Assembly (NCBI RefSeq): GCF_036321535.1
Contig: NC_087447.1
Coordinates: forward strand, 40,798,001-40,862,000
Reading direction: 5' to 3'
DNA: 64,000 nucleotides
DNA from: Camelus dromedarius
Lineage: Eukaryota
The position numbers and the translations under genes are program-made. The notes beneath the pieces are model-generated. The model had not been told where the DNA came from and ran no database searches. It was given only the letters and a program-made list of their open reading frames with translations. Position 1 is the stretch's first letter; each line of letters begins with the position of its first letter. Of this stretch, positions 35,341-49,200 are shown piece after piece.

Positions 35341-37199
35341 ACTGTGCTGCAGCTAAGGACCCCAGGACAGCAGACACTTAACCCCCTGCCACCCCCAGGG
35401 CTAGCCTCAGGCAGCAGGCACTGCTGGGAGGAGGGTTTCCTCCTGGGGTGGGGCCCTTGGGGCCTCTCTCTGCATCCCCTAGGAGATGGCATGAATGGTG
35501 GGTAGAATGCAGAGCAGAAAGGGAGTTTCTCTTGCTGTTACCCAACCTGGCCTGAACTCAGGATCTATGCACGGTGTGGGATGGCCAGCCTGAGCCTCCT
35601 CCCTTTCGTGGGACCCAGCCTCTGCAGGCATTCCTGACAGCGCCTGCCCTATCGCTCTGAGGCAGTGTCTCCCCTCCCTGGCTCCTCTTCCTTGTTATCT
35701 CAATGCAATGGTGGGAACACGGCTGGGAGCCTCCTGGCTTTAATGACCATGCCTTTTGGTGAATCCCCGTGGGCTAGTGTCTTTAGCTGGGGCCGAGTGA
35801 TTCAACCTTTATAGACCCTCAGAGAGAGGGAAGCACCAGGATTTGCAGCTGATAGAGTCATCTCTGTCTTTGATTCTTGGGATTCGTTTGCTTCTTCATT
35901 CACTTCATTCATGCATTCAATCCCTCAACAGACCTTTAATGGCCCTGCACTTAGTGCCAGGTACTGTAGCTCACAGCTAACCACCCCCCTCTCCACCCAC
36001 TCCACTCACACTGTGAACACACTCACGGGACTCAGGGATTCCGCACCTGCTCAGTGAGCCTGAGCCCTTTCAGGCTCTCTCACCAGCGGTCCCAGGGTCA
36101 CCCCATCCCACAAACCAGCCACCTTCAATTCCCGAAAAAATGGCCTTTGCTGTACTCAGCTTCTCTGTTTCCTTTCTTAATTTATGGTCTCTCTGGATTA
36201 ACTCTTCTTTCGTGCTACTTGAAATTTCAAAATGAACCTGAATTTAGTGACTAAAAGCACATCAAAGCAACGGCGATCTCAGATACTCTTTTAAGAATCC
36301 CGTTCCCCGGAGATTTCGATCTGCTCTTGGTTGGCAGGGACTTGCCCAGCCTGTGCCAGACTGATGCTTGTCCTCTTCTGTTTCCTTCCAACAAGAGAAT
36401 GGCCAGTTCCCAGCACTCCACACGCTTGAAGCTGGGATTGAACTGTCCCTCTCCTGGGTAATGGGTATCGTTCGCTCATGGACCCAGCCTTCTCACTGGC
36501 CACATTTGCTCAAAGCCTTCCATGTCTGCTGGCGAGAGGAGGCTTAGAACTAGGCAGGCCTGGAGAGACAGGCCAAAAGGAGCTGTCCCTACCCTCCCCG
36601 CCACAGTGTCAGAGAGGCAGACGGACTGCTAATCAAACCCCAGCTGGCTCTCGGGAGGGACCGAAGACCTAAGAGAATTGTGAGGGCCCCACCGTATGTG
36701 AGTGGCAGAGCCAACATGGGACCTCAGGTCTCCTGACTCCCACCTATGCTGTGTCCCTGCTTGGTCCCGTGGCCAATCTTCCTGCAGTCTGGAATGTATG
36801 TGGAAACGGTAGCCTTTGGTCAGGCACCACAGGCTTGGTGGTGGCTCTGGGACATTTGCCCTGCTTAGCTATCTTCTGAGAAAGACTGTCATCTCATACC
36901 TCCAGCCCCTCTGTCCAGCTCTAAGCGTCAGGGTCCACTCAGGGGCCACTGCTCCCAGAAAGTCTTGTCACTCTGCACGCTTCCCCTGCTGGTTGGACCA
37001 GGTAGTGCATACACATGTCCTGGCTTCCTTCCTCTCACACGGTATAACTGGTTATTTAATCACTAAATCACAGTGAGCAATTTACTATAGACTAGCCAAG
37101 GTGACCAGCATGAGAGGGACATGGTGCTGGTCATCTCTGCCCTGCCAACTAGCCCAGTGTCCAGCATGTAGCGGTCACTCAATACATTTTGTTGACAAG

Positions 37200-37378
37200 A
37201 GAACAAGGAAGTAGATGTGATTACCATCTCCATTTCATGGATGAGGAAGCTAAGTCTCAGAGATGTTTAAAAAAAAATAAACAGGGCCCAAGATCTCAGA
37301 GCCAAGGAGTGTAGGACAGGGATTCAAACCTGGGTCCCCAGCCCTGGAACCCATGTCTTTTCTACTCACCATGCTGCT
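37200..37378 (-). mobile_element. MIR SINE (an L2 3' end lies just upstream, about 37070-37200)
   Basis: CTCCATTTCATGGATGAGGAAGCTAAGTCTCAGAGA…GGATTCAAACCTGGGTC. Confidence 0.7.
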
Positions 37379-40300
37379 GGGAGCCTGGGGGATGTGTAGA
37401 CATAGGTTCTTTCCTGTCTGGTTCTCCTCTGACAGCCAGCCCACCTACGGCTACCTAGGGGTGCAGATCAGAGCCAGGGTGCCCACCACCCACCACACTG
37501 AAATGTCAGGCTTGTGTCCAACATAGCACAGCCTCCCCAATACCTCTCTTGGGTACAAGTCCTAGATCCAATTCAGTGCAAGGCAGCAGGTGGGCGTGGC
37601 CAGGAGGGGTCCCCCCGGCACCTGGTAAGACTGCCGCCCAGCAGGCTGCCTCTGCCCAGGGCTGTAGTGTGACCCCTGCTTCTCCGGACCTGGGCCTCCA
37701 ACCAGAGTGACTCCCAGTGCTCCCAGGTCAGAGTCCTCATCAGGCAGCCCAGCTCCATGAGCTCTTAATATGTGTCAGAGACTATTCTAAGTCCTTTATA
37801 TAAATTAATCAGCACTCCAAGGATTAGGACTTGGACAGATGAATTTGGGGGCACACACATTCAGTCCATACCACTGGGCTTCCGTGTGCTTGTGTGAGTC
37901 ATGGTGTGCAAGTCCCCACTGACTGTGGGAGACTGCGGTCTCCCACCACCACCTGGAGCACCTTCCCCATCCTGCTGAGTGACTAGGAATCGCACAACTG
38001 TGACTCACTGTTATTTTTAATTGTCAGTAAGAAAATCACAGTGTAGTGACGCAGTCGAATCCGAGCTCCCAGCTCGCTTGCCACCAGCTGCTGGGTCCCC
38101 CTCCGCTTTCTGCAAAGCCCCCATCATCCCTTGGCCCAGAGCCTGCCTAATCATTGTTTAATGTTTGAAAGATGCTGTCCTACACAAGAGATACTCATTC
38201 TAGGCTGTAAAAATACCAACAGCTTTACATGCCGCTGGAATAATTGCAAAAATTTTTAAAGACGGAGGAAAAGAATGGTCTGGCAGTATTGTGCTTTATG
38301 GAGCTGAAAGAATCCCATATAGCTAATCTAATTACAGCCAAAGCTCAGGCAGCTTAAAGGTGTTTATACAGCCAGGCACGTGGGCTGTCGCCGCTCAGGA
38401 GGCTTCTTGTCACCGCCCACCCCTGTGCCTCTGACCAGTGTGATGAGAGGGGCCCATCCACATGCCTGGGGGTGTGTCCCCAGCAGCCTAGAGATGGAGG
38501 CAGCCGGCTGGTTTCTGCAGGAGTCCTGGATGCTCTCACCTTTGCTCCTTACTGCCTGGGGCTGCCTCGCCCTGTCAAATTCTTCATTCAGCCTGAGGGT
38601 TACTCTTGGCGGTGGCCACAGGTTAGTGTCCTCCGGTGTTGTCCAGCAGTGCTCTCCTGAGGATGTGGCTTGTTTGACTTGAGCTCCTGGCTGCTCAGGG
38701 CAGTGAACACCCGCCCCTCCCTGCCGACTCAAGCCCTGACCTTAGGACAGAGGCTGCTTCGGCTAGTGGTGATAGGGCTGGAAGGGAATCAGATAAACGT
38801 CTCGGACAGATTCAATTGTGTCAGTTGCTGAACGAACCCTACATGGTTCTGCAGGCATTCCCCAGGGCACCCAGATGAGAGGCGAGTGGGGAGTTAAATC
38901 CAGCCCGTGTTCCCCATTTCCCAAGTCATGCATCCTGGTATAAGTCTGTCTCAGAAGTACCTTTTTCTGATCTGGGGTCCCAGAGGGGTGCCTTTTTATA
39001 ACACACACCAGGACACCATGTGTTAGTAGCTCAGCCAGTTCTGACCTCTGCAGGGAAGAGCAGCCATCTCTTCTTTGCCAGTGGGTGGTCTGGCCTTAAC
39101 AGAATTGCTGGAACCTGGGACATGTTTCTTGCACCTACTGCCCTCCCAACCCTAGCTTTCACTACCTTCTCTGAGCTGGTCCTACACTTTTGCTCTGTCC
39201 TCCACCAATCCACAGTTCCCTGATGGGATGAAGCCTTGCTCTGACAGTCCCCTCACCCCCTAAGCTGGTCCCTGGCTCCACTTCTAGCCTTGGCTAATCC
39301 TCTTCTTGGAGGGGCTGGACCCTGCTCCCTGTACCACCAGGCTGGGGTCCTGCTAGTCTGATCCATCTGCCTTCCTGCATGCTGGGGACTGGGACCTCCC
39401 ACCCTTAGGCCCTTTCCCTAAAATGAGCATCCTTAGTAAGTGATACCTGAATGTGCTTGGTCCCTGGGTTGACTGCCTCTTTGTAGTCCTGCCCTAGAGC
39501 TCAGTCAGTCTCTCCAGCTCTAGCCTGTGCAGTGCCAGCCTCCTGTGCATCCTCACCAGCCACTCTGTCAAGGTCCCAGCACACCACACAGCCGAGCCTG
39601 CCTGAATCTGGCAATAGTGTGGGTAATTCATCACCCTTTTGAGTTACTTCACCCATAAAGGAAACTGACTTAGAGAATCAAGAACTCCCCAACATACTTC
39701 TCTGCCAACACGAAGGATATCCAGGAGGACAAAAGGCTGGTCTTCTCCATAGCTCACTAGCCCCGGGTTAACAGTCTGCAGCAAGGGAGCTTTGCACCAC
39801 TGTGCTTCACAGAGTAGCCAAGGTGACCAGTATTTGGTTAACAAAACCAGCAGAAACCAGACACCAAAAGGCCCTTTTCCTGTGGTCATCTGTGTGACCA
39901 TCTGTCTGCAGGGAACCTCCCAGAACTAAAGCATTGAGCAGAGTGTAGGGGGAGTCAGGAGACGCGTCTCCTGCCCTCAGGTCAGAGGCACTGCTGCCAG
40001 CAGCTGGCAGCCAAGTTGCCCGTGGCAAAGGTCATGGACTTTGGCCCACCCCGCGGGGCAGCCAGCAGGAGAGGTCTCCTTGTCCACTCTTGGCCCTTAG
40101 CCTGTCTCGCTCAGCAGCTTGAAAAGACAGACTTGTGCTGACGGTGGCAGTCGAGCTGACGCCGGGCCCGGCTGGTAAGCTAAGATCCTCCCTCTGCTTC
40201 CCAAATACTGAAAAGTGCTCGAAATCCAGCACATCGAATACTTCCTACTGCTGTCAAATCGTCGGAGTCTGGCATGCCTTCTGGTGGGACTGATTTCCTG

Positions 40301-41509
40301 AAAGGTTGTGCCAAACCTTCCAGTGACCCAGGTGTCCTCCAGCAGCCCCAGGGCCTGCGTGCTCAGCAAAAGGAAGTGCATGTGGACAAGAGTTGGCACC
40401 TGAGGCACCCCAGTGCCACCCAGATCCCTCCTGCAAATTAGCCTTCAGAGTTCATGGGGGACCAGCACCCCCTGATTGGATGTCAGGATGGGAAGTTGTG
40501 CTGGAGATAATGTTGGAGTGGGGGAAGCCAGTTCAAATGACTGGGGCTAGGGGTCCAGTAGCAGGTGTGGGCTCACTGTGGTGGGGGGGTGGGCAGGGTT
40601 TGGTTTTGTTTTCTTCTAATTACTAAGGCACTAATCCACTCTCAGGGGCCCTAAATTGGGGTACTACTCCTTTTTTTTTCTTTTTTTTTTTTGGTACTGC
40701 CTTGCCTCTCTGCTCAGGCCCACAAGGACTCATGCCTCTTCCACTCCTAAAGCCATTTACAAGCATTCATTCAACAAACCAAGTACCAGGTCCCAAGCTC
40801 CACACAGCATGGGGGAGGCAGTGGTGAACCAGATTGGTTCCTGCCTCAGGCGAGCTTTAGTCCAGGGGTGATGGCAGACAGTAGACAGACTCTACAGCCC
40901 TCCGTTGGCACAGACGCAGAAATGAGATGCCTCATTTCTAATTGTTTTTAAAAGCTCGAAACTCAGGAGCTCAAGATGTAAGTAGAATTTTAGGGAGAGA
41001 GGCTCCTGAACAGAAAGAAACCAGAGGGATGTCAGATCAGTGAACAAGAAGGCTGTGTTGAGCATCCACTAGTGGAAGACTGGTTTTACTAGACAGCCCA
41101 TGGTTGTCCCTTGACTGCTTCTGTACTGCTGGAGTTGGGGAGGGACTTGATTTTAGTCTAACCAAGGAGAACATGGCCTGGGTACCAAGATTTGTGATTC
41201 TTTGGTTTGTTTCTCCCTGGTCCCTGTACTGTGACTTCCAGCGGCCTCCCCTGGCTTAGGTGATTCTCCCCTGAGCACCTGACCTATGATGGGAGTGGGT
41301 GATCTGGTTCACTTTCTGAGTCCCTCCTCCACTTAGATGAGCATCCCTCATGCGGCATTGGACTTGAAGCAGGCAGCCCTCAAATCTAGTCCAAGCTCCT
41401 CATTTTACTGGAGGGAAAATTGAGATCCAGGGAGGTTGAGTTTCCCAGCATCACACACCTGATTAATGGTGGAGCCCGAGAGCAACCCTGTTCCAGGGCT
41501 TTGCTAACT

Positions 41510-41830
41510 GTATTCATTCATTCATTCAACAAACATTCACAGAGTGTGTTCTCAGGTGTCAGGCCCCACACTCAGCACCAGTAGTCCAAGGACAGATGAG
41601 AAATAGCTTCTATTCCCAAAGAGCTCACAGCCTAGTGCAGCGAATAAACCATAAATAGCCAGTACACACAATTTAAAATAAGTGCCACCAGCCACAAGTA
41701 AAGGGGTCAAGAGTGCTGGGGGAGCCCAAGGAGAGGTCTCAGTCATGCTAGGAGGGCTTCCTGGAAGAGCTGGCCTTTCAGCTGAGCCTTGGGGATTGAA
41801 TGGGATTCAAATATGCGTATGAGGGTGGAG
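41510..41830 (-). mobile_element. L2 3' fragment
   Basis: (TTCA)n-ACAAACATT end, GAGCTCACAGCCTAGT and GAGGGCTTCCTGGAAGAG. Confidence 0.7.
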
Positions 41831-42344
41831 AAAAGACAGAACCTACCTCTGTTTTTGTGTCTTTCTAATTAGACTTTAAAGAAGGCATCAGCATGATCAT
41901 GTATTGAGTACCTGTTGTGTCCCGGGCACTGTACTGGGCACTTCTACACACTATCTTCTTTAATTTTTCCAATATTTCTCCCCATCTTATAGATGAGGAA
42001 ACTGAGACCCAGCAGTAACTTTGTCCTGAATAGAGGCTTCTTCTTTGATTCCTTCTTCTCTCTTCCCCACCAGGCCTCATCCAGTACCTTGTGCCCCAAC
42101 CAGGACTCTGATGATTCATCAGTGAATCTGGTGATTGAATGAAAACAGAGCCAGAGAGATGAGGATAGAGATTTTGCAAAGCCAGGGCGAAGGCAGCAAC
42201 CCCCTTCCTTGGACAGCAGGAGGCTGAGCCCGGAGCTATTTAGAATTTCTCGCATCAGAATAAATGTCTTCCCCGTGCATGTATATACATCCTGCCCCCC
42301 AGGCTGGTAGATTCTTAGGCTAAGTGAATACTAACAAGAGCTAC

Positions 42345-42550
42345 CATTTGTTTCTAAGCATCTTTGATGTGTTACTTTGTTTAACCCTAAGAACAACCCT
42401 GTGAGGTAGGTATTATTATTATCATGCTTATTTCACAGATGAGAACACTGAGTCTTGGCAAAGCTGCAGGTTACACCACTAGGAATGGCAGAGCCAGCAC
42501 AGCAAGTTGGACCTGGCTGTAGAGCCTGGGCACCTCACCTTATAACTGTA
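42345..42550 (-). mobile_element. MIR SINE
   Basis: AACAACCCTGTGAGGTAGGTATTATTATT…TTTCACAGATGAGAACACTGAG…GGCAGAGCCAG. Confidence 0.8.
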
Positions 42551-42552
42551 TT

Positions 42553-42790
42553 CAGGGGTCCTGAACTCAGTTATCTAGCAGGGTTAGATAGATAACGTGA
42601 ATGGTGGAGGTGAGGCAATGAGGACTGATGGGGACTGTGGTGAACAAGAGAATGAGCCCAGGTGCAGCCCGGAGGGGCAGCTGATGCTGGCTCCAGCCTG
42701 TTGCTAGCCTGCAATGCCTGTTGACCTTTTTCAAGTTGGAAATCGCACTTTTATGTTTGGTGGGCTGAACAAGCCACCTGGCAGAGCAGA
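42553..42790 (+). mobile_element. MER102-like hAT-Charlie element
   Basis: CAGGGGTCCTGAACTCA…GATAACGTGAATG…GATGGGGACTGTGG…GGGGCAGCTG…GCTCCAGCC…TTTTTCAAG. Confidence 0.7.
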
Positions 42791-45615
42791 CCCGGTCTTG
42801 TTGTGAGTGCTGTTGTACCTACTCCCTGGGGCGAAGATACCATAACATACAAAAAGTGATGCCCTTGGAATGATTCTTTATTCTGCCCACGGCCACCTTT
42901 TCTGTCCTTCCTACCTCTCCAGTCTATAGGATGACTTCTACAAACCCAGTTATCACCTTCAAGTATGTGATCTGATCTTGGTTCATTTAGCCTGTTTCCG
43001 TTCTTCCTCTCTGTGATACTGCCGAGTGGCAAGGAAGTCCTGACTATCCCATATTCCTTTGTGACTTTGCAAATGCTATTCCTTCCGCCTAGGATGTCCT
43101 TTCTTCTGAAAATGCCATCAACTCAGCTCAAATACCGTACTTTCCCCTCTGGATGGCATCCCTCAATTCCCCAGGCACTCCTTCCTCTAATTTGCTTGTA
43201 AATATCCCCTTTTATTGCTTGATCACATTTTACTGGAACTGCATATTTCTCTGCCATTAGCTTCTTGAGGCCAAAAGACCGTTTCTCACTGTCTCTAGCA
43301 AGTACATTTTGGAGACAGGGCAGAGGAAGCACACATGCTGTTTTTGTGTGTTTATCCACAAAACATACAGAGTAGGGGCGGGAGCATAGAAGGATGTGGT
43401 CTTTATCAATTCCTCTCAAATGTGCTGAGACAGTCACAGTGTGAAACACTTAAAAACTTATTTGGTCTATATATTCTTTCCAGATATCTGGGAAATGTTT
43501 TTTTAAAGTACAGTAGTTTTCAGTTAGTATTTTTAAAAAAAAGTGACATCTTAGATACTGTATCTGGTCTGCCTGTCTGCAGTTTCTATCATATTGGCTT
43601 CCAGATTGAGAACTAGAACCTTCTCTGGAGATGCTGTTCGTCTCAGATATCCTTGGGGAAAACTTCTCTGTCTCACCCTCTCTCCCTCTTGTGCTTGCTG
43701 GTTCCTACATCTCACAAAGAGGCCAGTCCAGACAGACTGAATTAGCCACTCCTCCGTGCAGCTTCCCTCCACTGTGTGCACAATATGAGAAATTCACAAT
43801 GCACCGGTCACATGATTTAGATTCATTGATTCCGGGAGGCCCCTTCTGAGCTGATGGATCCTTTCAGGAAAGCAAGGTGTGGATTTTGCTCCTAGGTTGT
43901 GGACTCGGATGCCATTCCTGGTGACATCCCTGCATCTTGAGACCTTGGAAGCACCTTGCATCAGGCACCCCGGGCTAGGCCAGCAGTGGGAGAGGGGAGT
44001 GACCAGCACCCAGAAAGCTGACCAGGCTGCAGAGGAGATAGTGTGGTAGTCGCTTGGAGAGTGTGTCAGTCTGGTCAGGCTCAACTCAGCAGGACTCTTG
44101 CAGGGGAAGAAGGCTGGGGGAGGGCCCAGGGGAGAGAGGCAGGAGTTCAGGGCCCACTCGAGGTGAGGGTGGCTATGATTTGGATGCGCCACGGCTAACC
44201 AGCCGGCTTGCCTAATTTTCTTCCACTATGTCATCTCCACTTCTCACACTGCCTGCGATCTGCAGCCCTAAGGGATGGTCTCAGAGTGTGCCTGTGGTCC
44301 TGTGGTTGATGCTGTGGTGGTTGCCATCTGGGAGCGAATACCCACAGCATTTCAGAGCAGAATGAGACCCAGGAAAAAAATTCTAGGTCTCATGTTTCTC
44401 TCATCTGGGGAAAGACGTGTGAATTGGAACTTTCCAAACCAAATCTTTAAACCCTTCTGCACCCAGTGAATTTGATGGGTGACAGAAATGAATTAGAAAT
44501 TTGATCAGGGCTCAGCATTTCCATGGGTTCCAAGCCAAATGGAAATTAAGAATCCGGCAGGGTTAACGGTGAAGGCAGGCTTCCCGACTTGGCAGTGTCC
44601 TGCCCTAGGTCTCTAAGGGGATTTACCGAAGATCCTGCCGATGAGATCAGGAGGTTCAGAGAGAGTTCTCCACCCAGACAGTGGGAAGGAATTAACTTGT
44701 CACCAACTGACTCTCACGGAGGTGACAGAAAATTCCAGCAACACAGGGCGGATTTAATGCCAAGCCGCCCAGTGGCAGCACTGCCTTCCACGTCTGCCTT
44801 CAGGTGCTTAGACAGTGAAGAAAGGAATATTTTCCCCATGTTGAAAGAGGTTTCTGGCTAAGTCCCGTGGACCGAGTGTGTCTGCAAGCTTGTCTGTGTT
44901 GTCAAATTTCATTTGGCTTAAACGTGAGAACTAATGTAGAGAATCAAAGAAAACAAGATTGTTTGCTGAGTGTTCCTGACCAGGGCTGCTCAGGCATGAG
45001 GCTGAGACATTGCCTCAAGTGATTGTATTTTCTCTGAAAAGAACATTCAAGGTTGCTGTTTAATCTTTGTGGAGTGAGGTCCCGTGGTCTTAGGTGCCCA
45101 GCTGCTGTTCTCTGTACCTATGTGCTCCACATCCGTCCAGCTGTGCGCGAGGCAGCTGCTCACTGCATTCCTGAATTCTGCATGGCAGGAGCAGCCAACC
45201 CCATCTTCCCACTCCCCAGTGATTGGGCTTCTCCTTTATGCCAGGTGCATCCATGGGGCAGGGAGGGAGGGAAGGAGAGAGAGAGGTAGATGGGATGGAT
45301 GGATGGCTTCTCCATTATACGACATAGGTATTTTATGCCCATTTTAGAGATGAAGGAATTGAGGGCCAGAGAAGGTAGTAAATCACCAAAGTTCTCACTG
45401 CAAATGGTGGCAGAACTGAGGCTCGAGCCCACGTTTCTCAGCTCCAAGTTCAATGTGTCCCTCTTCTCTTTTCCCATGTTGCCCACTAGGCTTTTTTTTT
45501 TTTTTTTTAACTGTCTGCCTTGTACCTGGAGACAGATTCACATGGGCTTGGATGAACTGCTTATACAAACTGTAACCAAAAGGAGATTTTTTTTTCAGCA
45601 AATATTATTGATCAC

Positions 45616-46229
45616 TGTGTAGGCAGAGTTCCAAGATGCAGCCGAAAGACTCCTGGCCCCTGATGTGCACTCACTTCTTCTGGTTTTTCATTCAAACACT
45701 CATCTGGGCACTGCTGTGAAGGAATTTTGCTGATGTAATTAAGGTCCCCAATCAGTAAGGGTGGGCCTGAACTAAGGACCTAATGATCCTTTAAAAGCAG
45801 GGTTTCCTCTGGCTGGGTGCAGCAAGGGAAGTCACAGAGAGGCCCTCTGGAGGCCTGAAAGGAAGCAAACATCCTTGCTGTGAGCTGCCTGTGGGGGCCA
45901 CAGGGAAGGGAACTGAGGTGGCTTCTTACTGCTGAGAGTGGCCCCAGCTGGCAGCCAGCAGGAGGACAGGTGCTTCAGTCCTACAGCTGCAAGGAAATGA
46001 ATTCTGCCAACAACCAGGAAGGCTGGAGGAGGGGGCCCTGAGGCCCAGATGAGAGCCACTCCTGTGCTGGCTGACACCTTGATTTCAAACCAGTGAAACC
46101 CTGAGCAGAGACTCCAGCCACGCCATACGTGAACTTATGACCTACAGCCAATGTGAGATAATAAATTTGTGTAGTTTGAGGCTGTTAAGTTTGTGGTATT
46201 GCGTTAGACAGCAGCAGAATATGAATAGA
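45616..46229 (+). mobile_element. MLT1E/F-like MaLR solo LTR inserted into an L2
   Basis: TGTGTAGGCAGAGTTCCAAGATG…GATGTAATTAAGGTCCCCAATCAG…GCAAGGAAATGAATTCTGCCAACAACC…GTGAGATAATAAATTTGTG…GAATAGA. Degenerate 5-bp TSD ATCAC (45611-45615) and ACCAC (46230-46234). Confidence 0.85.
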
Positions 46230-47150
46230 ACCACCTACAGTATGCCAGCCACCCCTCTGTGCTGGCCACTGGGAGGATGAGCCTGGCATGGTCTCTGCCC
46301 TCCCAGAGCTCACTGTCTGCAGTGGGAGATAGACACAAAACAAATCAAATGACTACCAGTGTGATAAATGCCACAAAATATGCGAACTGGAGGATATGGA
46401 GTAAATCAAATATGGGAGGGGGGACAGGCTTCAGGTTAGATGATTAGAGACGGCCCCTTCTGAGCTGAACACTAAAGGATGAGGGGTAAACCAACCTAAA
46501 GAGCCACGGAAGAGTGTTCCGGGCAGAGGGAACAGCACATACGAAGACCTGGAGGTAGGAGAGAGCCTGACTTGTTCTCAGAGTCACCAGGAGACAAATG
46601 TGGGTGGCAGGTGGTAAGGAAGGGGGAGAATGGCTTAAGATGGTAGTGAAGAATTAGGCAGGGGTCTGGTCATATAGGACCTTGGAGAATGTTACCTTCA
46701 GTGCAATGGGCAACAGAGGTGAATTTTAAATGGGGGAGAGGTATGATCTGACCGATGTCTTTGGATGATCTCTCTGGCCAGTCTGTAGTGAATAGTTTGG
46801 TTACAGATGTGAACAGAAGCAGGGAAATCATTTGGGAAGCTATTGCAATCCTTCAGACCAGAAAATGGCACTTTGGACTACGGTGCCTGGAGAGAGAGAG
46901 AAGGGGATGCGTTTGAGTTATACTTGGATTTGCTGGTGATTGGTTGTAGGGAGTGAAGGAGAGGAGAGACCTGAAGATAAATTTCAGATTTCTGGCTGGA
47001 GTGATGGGGTGAACGATGGTGTCATTGACTGAGGTGGGAGGGGTGGGGGAAGAACAGGTTTAGGGAGAAAGATCAAGAGTTACAGTCTGGATATGCTGAA
47101 TGTGAGATGCCCCTGAGACATTCGAGGGAAGATCTTAAATAGTCGTTTGG
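46230..47150 (-). mobile_element. L2 fragment of about 0.9 kb (its 3' tip is at about 45590-45615)
   Basis: CCTACAGTATGCCAG…GAAGAGTGTTCCGGGCAGAGGGAACAGCA…CAGATTTCTGGCTGGAG…TGAGATGCCCCTGAGACAT. CAGCAAATATTATTGA lies on the other side of the LTR. Confidence 0.8.
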
Positions 47151-47836
47151 CAGAGAGGCACTGCTGAGCAGGGCCAATATCCAGGCTCAAGGAGGAGGTC
47201 AGGACCAGCTGACCTGGCCTGGTGGCAGAGCTGGCTCCGTGATCACTCCCTTAAAGAGTGGTCGAATACTCCCATCTACACAGCAAGGCTTCAAAGACCC
47301 AGGGCCTGAAACTCTGGAGCAGTCTTCCTTCCTAGACACCCAGCTCCTGTGCTGAGCCCTGGATGCAGCCACACACCCAGAGCAGGGCATTCTGGGAAGA
47401 GGTGGCTCTGGTATGAAGCTGACATTTCAGAAGTTACTTCCATTGTTCTGGGCTAATAGTAAGGTGCATTAAGCAGCAAATTATATAAACCTAAAACTGC
47501 AGTCTAATGTTGTTAAGGGGCCTGGGGGAGCCCAGGAAGAATGAGTGTGAACAAGGAACTGTCTGTAGGTGATCAAATCCCTGATTAAAGTCACCTCCCA
47601 GGATCAATGGCCTCTAGAGAAAGTAGAGAATGCCTCTGAATCCTAATGGGGCATCTGCAATTCTGGAAGGATGTTTGACCAAGCTGCTGCTTCCTTCTCT
47701 GGTGCTGCTCAGTGCAGGAGGGGTTGGTGTGGAAAGAGGTCCCAAAGGGATCTGACCACTGGGCTCAGGGATGTAGTGGCAACCTACAAAAGGCCTAAGC
47801 CATGGGAGGTGGGTTTGACCCTGGCATCTCCAGCTT

Positions 47837-48306
47837 TGTCTTGGAGGTGCTGTTCCCCCAGGATCAGACCCTGAGACAAGGATTCAGTAAGAAGTAGTTT
47901 ATTTAGGAAGTTCAATATATACCAGTAGGGAGGGGAGTTAAGACAAGGACAGGAAGCAGCTAATAAGAGTATATTATCAGGTCAAGTGCCAGTGCAGACA
48001 TTTGGAGCTTAAACCTACAGGGAAACTCTGGGAAGTGGTGTAAAACACATGCCTCCAGAATGATCGACCCTGAGAGGTGAGGGAGCTGGGGTAGTGATAT
48101 GCTAGCTCACCTTAGTCATTGGTTCAGGGCTGCTTTCAAGGAGTATTAATTTCTAGCACTTCAGTCTTCCATGTGCTGGGACAGAGCAGCCTTCTGTGGC
48201 TTTGAATAGATCCTTGAGGTAAATGTTCTGTCACTTAGTTGGGGGGGGCACTTTGAAAGGATGAGTCTCCAGGGAAACAGGTGGAGCATCTACAGCATGT
48301 GCCACA
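47837..48306 (-). mobile_element. LTR33-like ERVL solo LTR
   Basis: CAGACCCTGAGACAAGGATTCAG…AAGTAGTTTATTTAGGA…GGGAAACTCTGGGA…AGTCATTGGTT…CAGCATGTGCCACA. Confidence 0.65.
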
Positions 48307-48729
48307 AGGGCCAGGATGCATATGTTTTGATACTTTTAAGAACTGCATTTCTAAAAACCCATGATACTGACTCTTTTCAGCTCTTCACTGACCAAGCTGC
48401 AAGGCATGTTGGAATCTCTGTAGCAGGTTGAAGCTATCACCCAAGCCAAGACCAGGGTAGAGGAGTTTTGAGGCACAATCCCAGCCAGGTCTGAGAAAGC
48501 AAGGATAAGGTGCAGTCTCTGGGAAAAACTTTGGCAAAATGTTGGCAAAATAGTAGGAGGTCTGGCCCCAGCCAAGAAGGATCTCAGGTCAGCTCCAAGA
48601 GCGCAAACCAGAAAACTGACGTAGAACCACACTTGTAAGGCCTGAGTGTGCTGGGGGGAGGCAGGAAGGAAGCTGCAGCTCAACTGGCACCAGGTACTGA
48701 GGGCACTCCCTCCGCAGGTCGGATATCAG

Positions 48730-49200
48730 GCTGAAGCCTGGGTCTGCATTGCGGACCCTATTGGAGCCCTGCCCTGCAGATCTCCTTTACTGGCTGATCC
48801 TCCTTCCTCCAGGCAGCTGGTAGCTTAGAGCTGCACCCTTCTTCTTGAAATTGTTCCCTCTGTTGAGAGCTCCCTCACCCAGAAATGCCTGGGAGATTAT
48901 GCCTGTCCTCTGAGGATGGCTCGGAACGAGTGCTGGATTGATATCAGTGTCTAAAACTCATCCCTTGCCCCAAGAGAGAATAACTCTGAGGTGCCATTAG
49001 GCTCCAGCGCTCCCTGATGGAGCAGACTGACCATAGCTTGCAGCTGAACTTAGCCTTGGCCCAGCTTCTTTCCCTGCCAAACCTGCTTCCCTCACTCCCT
49101 TATGGGAATTTCTGGAGAGTCTGAGAGCTGGTGCCCTGTTCAAGCACTTCCTCAAGGATCCCCGTCTCAGGCTCTGCTTTTAGAGAACCTTGTCTAAGAG
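48730..49200 (+). mobile_element. LTR16-like ERVL solo LTR
   Basis: CCCTTGCCCCAAG…AACTCTGAGGTG…CCTGCTTCCCTCACTCCCTT…CCCCGTCTCAGGCTCTGCTTTTAGAGAACC. Confidence 0.65.
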
